12,738 bases of DNA, from the NCBI GenBank assembly GCA_034717975.1, contig JAYEMF010000088.1, positions 1-12,738 on the forward strand, read 5' to 3'. The DNA is from Campylobacterota bacterium. Its GTDB lineage: Bacteria > Campylobacterota > Campylobacteria > Campylobacterales > Sulfurimonadaceae. The notes below the pieces were generated by a model that did no database searches, was not told the origin of the DNA, and saw only the letters and a program-made list of their open reading frames with translations. The position numbers and the translations under genes were made by a program. Positions 7,237 to 12,738 of the stretch are shown here, one piece after another (position 1 is the stretch's first letter; each line of letters opens with the position of its first letter).

Positions 7237-7836
7237 ATGCTCAAAACACAAAGAGCGATAGTAGCAGCAGTGTTGCTCTTTTATATTTTTCAGGCTTTTG
7301 GGTATGCTCATGAAGGTGGGGGAGAAGCAGGCTTTTCAAGCGGAATATTGCATCCGGTCATGGGATTTGACCATGTTGTCGTCATGCTTGGTGTCGGGTT
7401 CTGGGGATACCAGATCGGCAGACCCTCTCTCTGGATATTGCCGCTTGTCTTTTTAGCGGCGATGCTTTCGGGAGCGGTATTGGGCATTTTCGGTATGCCG
7501 CTGTACAGTGTAGAGATTGTCATTGCATTTTCCGGGATTGCCATGGGACTCTTTATAGCTATGGATGAGCGCTACCCATTATGGCTCTCGATACCGGTGG
7601 TCGCTATCTTCGCACTGTTCCATGGTTATGCCCATGGCGTTGAATTGCCGTCTGCTGCCCACCCTCTCATGTACATTACAGGTTTTTCCATCATGACATC
7701 TTTACTGATGGCTTTGGGCATCGGACTGGCCAATGTGTTAAAAAAACCTTCTTACAAAGGTGTGGGGACACGCATCGTCGGCATATTGATTACCATTATA
7801 GGCGGTCTCTTCCTGAGCAATATCCTGATGAGTTAG
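7237..7836 (+). CDS. HupE/UreJ family Ni/Co transporter
   Basis: Signal peptide ending AYA-H, then GILHPVMGFDH and FHGYAHGVELP motifs with multiple TM helices. ATG 7237 is preferred over GTG 7228 because GGAG lies 8 nt upstream. Confidence 0.9.
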   Translation: MLKTQRAIVAAVLLFYIFQAFGYAHEGGGEAGFSSGILHPVMGFDHVVVMLGVGFWGYQIGRPSLWILPLVFLAAMLSGAVLGIFGMPLYSVEIVIAFSGIAMGLFIAMDERYPLWLSIPVVAIFALFHGYAHGVELPSAAHPLMYITGFSIMTSLLMALGIGLANVLKKPSYKGVGTRIVGILITIIGGLFLSNILMS

Positions 7837-7857
7837 CGCTCTCTTTAGAGGTGCCCT

Positions 7858-8289
7858 TTAATTGTAGGAGTAGCTCCAGCCTGTAAGACTATCGCGTTTA
7901 GTCTGTTCAAAATCGCTCGAATCGCCAAGAAAATCGATAACGTGAAGCGGAACATGCGGGATGGTGCGTTGATCTTCCGGTTTTACGAGGTGCATCGGCA
8001 TCGGTGTCTCCTGTCTGGTTTCAGCGAAGGCTACGGCTTGAAGTGCACTCATCACATGGGCGGTGTTGATGATGTTGTACTGTTCGCAAAACTTCTCAAA
8101 TACGGCACCTTTTATCTCTTCAGGCAGTGCTTCGTGCGTATTTAAAAAGATGGTGAAATGGATCGGTGTCTCTTTGAAATGGTCGGGTGATGGTGCCGCC
8201 ATAATGATGTACTCGACACCTGCTAGTTTGGCTTGAATCTCATCGGGGGTGAAATAGTGTTTGGTTTCCAGTGCTTCATGTTTTTGCAT
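7858..8289 (-). CDS. Hypothetical cytoplasmic protein (143 aa)
   Basis: Fills the gap between the convergent HupE/UreJ gene and the GGDEF-EAL gene without overlap. Protein-like composition and a promoter-like motif upstream. No family recognised. Confidence 0.75.
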   Translation of the reverse strand: MQKHEALETKHYFTPDEIQAKLAGVEYIIMAAPSPDHFKETPIHFTIFLNTHEALPEEIKGAVFEKFCEQYNIINTAHVMSALQAVAFAETRQETPMPMHLVKPEDQRTIPHVPLHVIDFLGDSSDFEQTKRDSLTGWSYSYN

Positions 8290-8317
8290 AAAATGGCCTG
8301 TTAATAATTTTTTTGCA

Positions 8318-8326
8318 ATAGTAGCA
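8318..8326 (-). promoter_or_regulatory. Putative extended -10 promoter for the 143-aa gene
   Basis: Minus strand reads TGCTACTAT (TGnTAnnnT), 28 nt upstream of the ATG. Confidence 0.45.
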
Positions 8327-8329
8327 AAA

Positions 8330-10252
8330 TCAGTCGGCTTTATTCAAGAGGTCAAATAGATCAAAACTTGGTTTTCCCAGATAGTATCCCTGGACATAAT
8401 CGATTTCCAGCTCTTTGACGGTCTCTAACTCCTGTTCCGTCTCAATCTGCTCCGCCACCGTGATGATATCCATCCGTTTGGCAAAGTCGTTGATGGTCTG
8501 AACAATATGGTAGGCGTTATCGTTCGTATCGATGTCACGGATCAGAGAACCGTCAATTTTAAGGATGTCGATACCAAGGTGCACCAGGTATTTGAAATTG
8601 GCGTAACCGCTTCCGAAATCATCCAGTGCAATTTTGACGCCGAGTGATTTCAGCAGATCGATACGCTGTCGAATAAGATCGAAGTTGGTGATCTCTGCCG
8701 TCTCCAAAATCTCAAAGGTGAGTCGGTTTGTCAGGTCGGAGTTTGACATCAGCAGCGATGTGATCATGGCCATGATGTCATTGTTGAAGACATCCTGCAG
8801 TGCCAGGTTGATACTCAGTTCTACCGGCTTCTCCTTAAGTGTCTGCAACGCAATGCTGAGGACACGCTCGGTTACTTTGATATAAGCCTGGGTGTTGGCA
8901 ATGGCCGGCAGAAAGTCATCCGGTGTAACGACTGTACCGTCTTGTTCCAGAAGTCTGACAAGTACTTCAAACTTTTTCAAAGAGAGATCATCTGTTTTAA
9001 ACATAGGCTGATAGACGCAGTGTATCCGCTCTTCGAGTATGGCGGTTTTGACATCCTGAATACGTTTGGTCGTATTGCTCTGCAAGGAGAGCTTTTCATC
9101 GTTAGAGATCTCTACTCTGTCGCGTCCGCTGGATTTTGCTCTGTAAAGCTGCTCATCGGCAATTTTGATGGCCTCATCGATATTTTTGGCGTATCCCGGG
9201 TAGGGGTTGATACCGATAGAGAGTGTCAGTGTGATGTTATGCTCATTGGCTTTGATAGGACGCTCTTTAATGCCTTCCTGGATACGGTCGGCGATGCTTT
9301 TACAGGTGACGACACTCTTCTCCTTGAGCAGGAGCAGAAACTCTTCGCCGCCGTAACGGATGAGAACATCCTGGTCACGGATCTGTGACTTGATCCTGCC
9401 GCTGGCTGCCTGGAGCACGATGTCGCCCACATCATGACCGTAGATATCATTGATCCGCTTGAAGTGGTCCAGGTCGATCAGAAGCATCTGGTACTGGTCG
9501 ATGTTGTCATTATTGAGCAGCTCGGCAAGGTATTGGCGGTTGTAGGTTCTGGTCAATGGGTCGTGCAGGCTCCGTTTGCGGCTGAGATAGTACATGATGA
9601 ACTGTACATAGGCGGTGACAAGCATGATTATCATAAAGATCGATATATAGAAATAGAGGTTTTTCAGCGGAATGACGGCTTCATCGATATATCTGCTTTC
9701 ATCATTGGAAAAGTCCGCTCCCAGCAGAGCGACAATTTTCCCGTTTACGATGATGGGCAGTGCATAGGTTATCCAGAGCGTATCGACTTCCTGCTGCTCT
9801 ACCTGCGGTTGCCTGGTTATGCGTGCAACTTCCCAGATATCAGTCTGCGGGTCAAACTTTTGACCGTATTCGGCCCGCTCCTCTTCATCCTGGGAACTGT
9901 CGAGAAGATAGCGCAGTTTTTTATCTTCGTAGTCATAATAGAGCATATAGAGATATTTGAGTTCCCTGGTAATGAGCAGAGACATTTCATTTTCGTAGTG
10001 GTGACGCAGGTCAGGATTTTTTTGCAGCATTAAAACCATCTCGTCACCAAGCTCTTTATGTATGTGCTCTGAGAAGTTTTGAAACAGTTTCGCTTTTTTT
10101 TCAAGGAGATCATTATAGATTATCTGATGGATCTCATCGGTTGTCTGCTGATACTCCTGGTAAAGATAGATCGATATCCCTGTCAAGATCGGCAGGATCA
10201 GCAGCAGCATAAGAAAAGGTTTCCCAAACTTTGACGTCAACTGCATGGTCAC
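8330..10252 (-). CDS. Inner-membrane diguanylate cyclase/phosphodiesterase (TM, periplasmic domain, TM, GGDEF, EAL)
   Basis: Two TM helices. GGDEF domain: DPLT, IDLDHFKRINDIYGHDVGD, I-site RDQD, RYGGEEF (GGEEF at 9338-9352). EAL domain: EVLVR, SIN, FEILE, LDDFGSGY, KIDGS, VAEQIE, QGYYLGKP. Start is GTG 10252 (overlapping the upstream TGA) or ATG 10246. Confidence 0.94.
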   Translation of the reverse strand: MTMQLTSKFGKPFLMLLLILPILTGISIYLYQEYQQTTDEIHQIIYNDLLEKKAKLFQNFSEHIHKELGDEMVLMLQKNPDLRHHYENEMSLLITRELKYLYMLYYDYEDKKLRYLLDSSQDEEERAEYGQKFDPQTDIWEVARITRQPQVEQQEVDTLWITYALPIIVNGKIVALLGADFSNDESRYIDEAVIPLKNLYFYISIFMIIMLVTAYVQFIMYYLSRKRSLHDPLTRTYNRQYLAELLNNDNIDQYQMLLIDLDHFKRINDIYGHDVGDIVLQAASGRIKSQIRDQDVLIRYGGEEFLLLLKEKSVVTCKSIADRIQEGIKERPIKANEHNITLTLSIGINPYPGYAKNIDEAIKIADEQLYRAKSSGRDRVEISNDEKLSLQSNTTKRIQDVKTAILEERIHCVYQPMFKTDDLSLKKFEVLVRLLEQDGTVVTPDDFLPAIANTQAYIKVTERVLSIALQTLKEKPVELSINLALQDVFNNDIMAMITSLLMSNSDLTNRLTFEILETAEITNFDLIRQRIDLLKSLGVKIALDDFGSGYANFKYLVHLGIDILKIDGSLIRDIDTNDNAYHIVQTINDFAKRMDIITVAEQIETEQELETVKELEIDYVQGYYLGKPSFDLFDLLNKAD

Positions 10253-10656
10253 TCTATATATTTATTGAACGATGGATGCAGCGTGAGGTTATGCTCTTTC
10301 AGGCTCAGTGCATCGAAAATAATATTGGGACGCCCTTTTTGCCAGAAAAAAGCACCAAAGACTTCGGGATGTTTTTTAAACACTTTGTATCGTGTGGCAA
10401 AGAGCAGCTTTCCGCGACAGGAGTCGGGCAGGTTTTGTATGGTGCTTGCAATAACGAAGTCCGCTTCTTCACACTTCAGGGTTGTTGTTATAGTGCTATT
10501 GTGGCGCAGCTCCTTAATATCTCCGTGCAGGTAGATTTTCGGATTTTGTTTTTTGGTACACTCTTTGGCAATAGAGAGGTGGATTTTCGCTGCCAGCTCC
10601 GCATCTGAGGCAAAGAGATTAAAGCCGATCAGCAGGGTAAGGAGCAGCTTTTTCAA
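10249..10656 (-). CDS. Small exported protein (135 aa), possible periplasmic adaptor
   Basis: Start reassigned to TTG 10656, which overlaps the receptor stop (TTGA) and has GGAG 8 nt upstream. This gives the signal peptide MKKLLLTLLIGFNLFA-S. Three Cys and a C-terminal GAFFWQKGRPNIIF motif. Confidence 0.82.
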   Translation of the reverse strand: MKKLLLTLLIGFNLFASDAELAAKIHLSIAKECTKKQNPKIYLHGDIKELRHNSTITTTLKCEEADFVIASTIQNLPDSCRGKLLFATRYKVFKKHPEVFGAFFWQKGRPNIIFDALSLKEHNLTLHPSFNKYIE

Positions 10657-12578
10657 AACAGGTACTCCATCCCCGCCCAGAATCGGCGCTCGATGACAGG
10701 GACATTTATACTGTTTCCGGGGGCAATGTAGTAGTCCCACATCAGACCGTCATCAAAGATGTTTTCCCCTTTGACATTGAACTGAAGATCATCGCTGGCA
10801 TGATAGATGATACCGGCACTGTAGTCATGCCCATTTGACTGATCGTGATACCCCTCCTGTATCAGCAGTTCATTGAAAAGATCAAACCTGCCAAAGGTGT
10901 TGAGCATCCTGATCACCCCGGTATGGTGGCGGAGATCATGGTTACCTTCATAAGGGGACTCAAGAAAATAGCTCCAGGCCTGCAGCTCGAGTTTGTCTTT
11001 CTCACGGAAGAAAAAGGTTTGCTCGATAGCTGCGGAGTGGCCGTAAATACTTTTATCGCTATTTTGCATAGTGAATGTTGCCGGATCGAGGATCGGTATA
11101 TCCCGGTTTTTACCGTATCCCAAAACAAGTTTGGTCAGTGATATATCTGTTTGATAACTGACCTCCTGGAAGATAGATTGATAACTCTCTTTGTTCAGAT
11201 CTTCGTTACCGTAGTGCGGGGAGATGGTCATATAGGGTTCTGACGCAAATTCCTGATGGGAGAGAAAGGTTTTAGCTACCCAGTTGTCATTAGCATAGAT
11301 ATAGCCCAGACGACGTTGAAAGGTGTCCTGATCGTCAACACTGCTGTGCTTTCGATGGTAATGCTGATACATTAGTGAGAGGGTCAGCATCTGATTTTCG
11401 TCGATGCTGTAGTTGTCTTGTAAAAAAGCGGAATAGACATCTTCAGAGTAGTAGGCCTGTGAAATAGGTGGCAAGGCACCTATGGCAGGTGAGGTGAGTG
11501 TAAGGTCGGTCAGGTCAAAATGTTTGTGACGAAATTTAATACCGCCGGTCAGGGTGTGCTTATCTAAAGACCACTTTTTTTTCAATCCGGCTGTATAACT
11601 GTCTTCTCTGAGTTCTTGTTTGTGCTGGGTGATGGGAATCAAAGGCAAGGAAGGGCTTGTTGCGGGATCGGAGTTGACAATAAGTGCCGGATCGGTTGCC
11701 TGCCAGCCAATGTCAAAGTCACTGATATTTTGCAGGAAGATGAGGTTGAACGTGAGGCTTTTATCCTGAAAGGTTGAGTGCAAAGAGGCACTGAAATAGC
11801 GATTTTTCAGTTCAGACTCTTCTGCAGTTGCTCCCACTATGCCACCAATGAATCCATCACCTTTTTGATGGGATCCATGCAGTTCGATCTGATGGTTATC
11901 GGTAGCAAGTGATGCATAAACACGTTCTGTCCGTTTATTTCTTTTGGCATCTCTGCCGTCATGCGTGAACTCTTCACGTTGATTGTCTCGCCTGCTGGCA
12001 TAGGTGAAATAGTTGAAGTCCTCAAGCTGATCGGCATAATACCCACTGAGAGTGTTGGACCCATAAGAACCATACAGGGCTTTGATCTTTCCGCCGGTAT
12101 CATGTTCTGCTGTTTTACTGTAGAGACGAATGACAACCGTAGCCGGTTCCGTACCAAAATCAAACGAGGGAAAGCCCTCATAGATCTCGATATGGTCGAT
12201 AAAGTCAAGTTCCATATCGCCAAAAACGAAAAATCCGCTTCCGGCCAAAGGATTGAAGAGTTCATGATCGTTGAGGTAGGTGCGTATTGACTTGCTGTAG
12301 TTGCTGAGGGGGTCCTGATTGAGTATGTCCGGCTGTCCAAAGCGGTTTTCGGCATACTGAAAAAAGCGAAGTGATTTTACGATATCTTTGAGGGTCTGAA
12401 CTTGCATCCGCTCCAGGTCGTCACGTGTGTAGACAATGAGATTCCCGGCTGCTTCATCTTTGGTTTTGTGGGAGAGTTCCGAGGCTTTTTCATAGGCTCC
12501 AAGCAGCTGGTCGATCTCTTGCGCTTGAAGGGGAGTAAAGAGTATAAATAGCAGTAAAAGTAAAACAGTTTTGAGCAT
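10653..12578 (-). CDS. TonB-dependent receptor-like outer-membrane protein (plug plus beta-barrel)
   Basis: Signal peptide ending LQA-Q. Plug-like motifs IVYTRDDLERM..TLKD and FIDHIEIYEG..SFDFG....VVIRLYSK. Amphipathic beta strands, KGENIFD near the end, and a C-terminal EYLF beta-signal. SD TAAGGT upstream. Confidence 0.88.
   Translation of the reverse strand: MLKTVLLLLLFILFTPLQAQEIDQLLGAYEKASELSHKTKDEAAGNLIVYTRDDLERMQVQTLKDIVKSLRFFQYAENRFGQPDILNQDPLSNYSKSIRTYLNDHELFNPLAGSGFFVFGDMELDFIDHIEIYEGFPSFDFGTEPATVVIRLYSKTAEHDTGGKIKALYGSYGSNTLSGYYADQLEDFNYFTYASRRDNQREEFTHDGRDAKRNKRTERVYASLATDNHQIELHGSHQKGDGFIGGIVGATAEESELKNRYFSASLHSTFQDKSLTFNLIFLQNISDFDIGWQATDPALIVNSDPATSPSLPLIPITQHKQELREDSYTAGLKKKWSLDKHTLTGGIKFRHKHFDLTDLTLTSPAIGALPPISQAYYSEDVYSAFLQDNYSIDENQMLTLSLMYQHYHRKHSSVDDQDTFQRRLGYIYANDNWVAKTFLSHQEFASEPYMTISPHYGNEDLNKESYQSIFQEVSYQTDISLTKLVLGYGKNRDIPILDPATFTMQNSDKSIYGHSAAIEQTFFFREKDKLELQAWSYFLESPYEGNHDLRHHTGVIRMLNTFGRFDLFNELLIQEGYHDQSNGHDYSAGIIYHASDDLQFNVKGENIFDDGLMWDYYIAPGNSINVPVIERRFWAGMEYLF
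10655..10703. repeat. 49-bp direct repeat shared with 12640-12688 (3' ends of the two receptor paralogues)
   Basis: 47/49 identical by manual alignment, including 29 consecutive identical bases GCCCAGAATCGGCGCTCGATGACAGGGAC. Confidence 0.9.
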
Positions 12579-12637
12579 ATCTATTTACCTTATCGATAAT
12601 CTATAGTAACTTTATATAACTTTCATAAATATAAAAA

Positions 12638-12738
12638 TTAAAACAGGTACTCCACCCCAGCCCAGAATCGGCGCTCGATGACAGGGACTATGACACGGTT
12701 GCCAGGGGTGACCATATAATCCCACTCCAGTCCGTCGT
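12638..12738 (-). CDS. 3' end of a second, paralogous TonB-dependent receptor-like gene (runs off the window end)
   Basis: Manual translation DGLEWDYMVTPGNRVIVPVIERRFWAGVEYLF* is 24/32 identical to the C-terminus of 10653-12578. Confidence 0.88.
   Translation of the reverse strand, partial: DGLEWDYMVTPGNRVIVPVIERRFWAGVEYLF

Noticed and set aside
7836..7857. Bidirectional terminator between the convergent genes
   Set aside because: Only a weak bulged stem can be drawn and there is no convincing U-tract on either strand.
299..12355. The many shorter overlapping or antisense ORFs in the track (e.g. 862-1449, 2922-3158, 3769-4425, 4450-5142, 9434-10033, 11837-12355)
   Set aside because: They overlap well-supported genes and show no recognisable motifs, so they are treated as shadow ORFs.
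12590..12610. Fur box upstream of the receptor
   Set aside because: Only one GATAAT hexamer is present and the match to the 19-bp consensus is poor in an AT-rich context.
10653..12738. Diversity-generating retroelement TR/VR pair at the receptor C-terminus
   Set aside because: Differences between the two copies are not adenine-specific (many C/T and G/T changes), both copies read as paralogous CDS ends, and no reverse transcriptase is in the window.

Overview
Gene-dense bacterial window. Gene content and motifs (IAHQWRQP kinase H-box, REC proteins with an N-terminal helix, extended -10 promoters without -35 boxes) suggest a Campylobacterota genome such as Sulfurovum or Sulfurimonas; this is inference. 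Plus strand: pepP, a SAM-dependent methyltransferase, then a signalling cluster (heme-c/PAS/PAS histidine kinase, single-domain receiver, REC-HD-GYP-degenerate GGDEF protein, HupE/UreJ transporter). Minus strand: the 3' end of a TonB-dependent receptor-like gene, a complete paralogous receptor, a small exported protein and a membrane GGDEF-EAL protein (the last three joined by overlapping stop/start codons), then a hypothetical gene. Two things stand out. (1) Two inverted copies of a ~151-bp non-coding element (178-328 and 2773-2924), each with terminal inverted repeats, its own 9-bp target-site duplication and an internal REP/dRS3-like palindrome doublet. (2) A candidate trans-envelope system: outer-membrane receptor, periplasmic adaptor, c-di-GMP enzyme.
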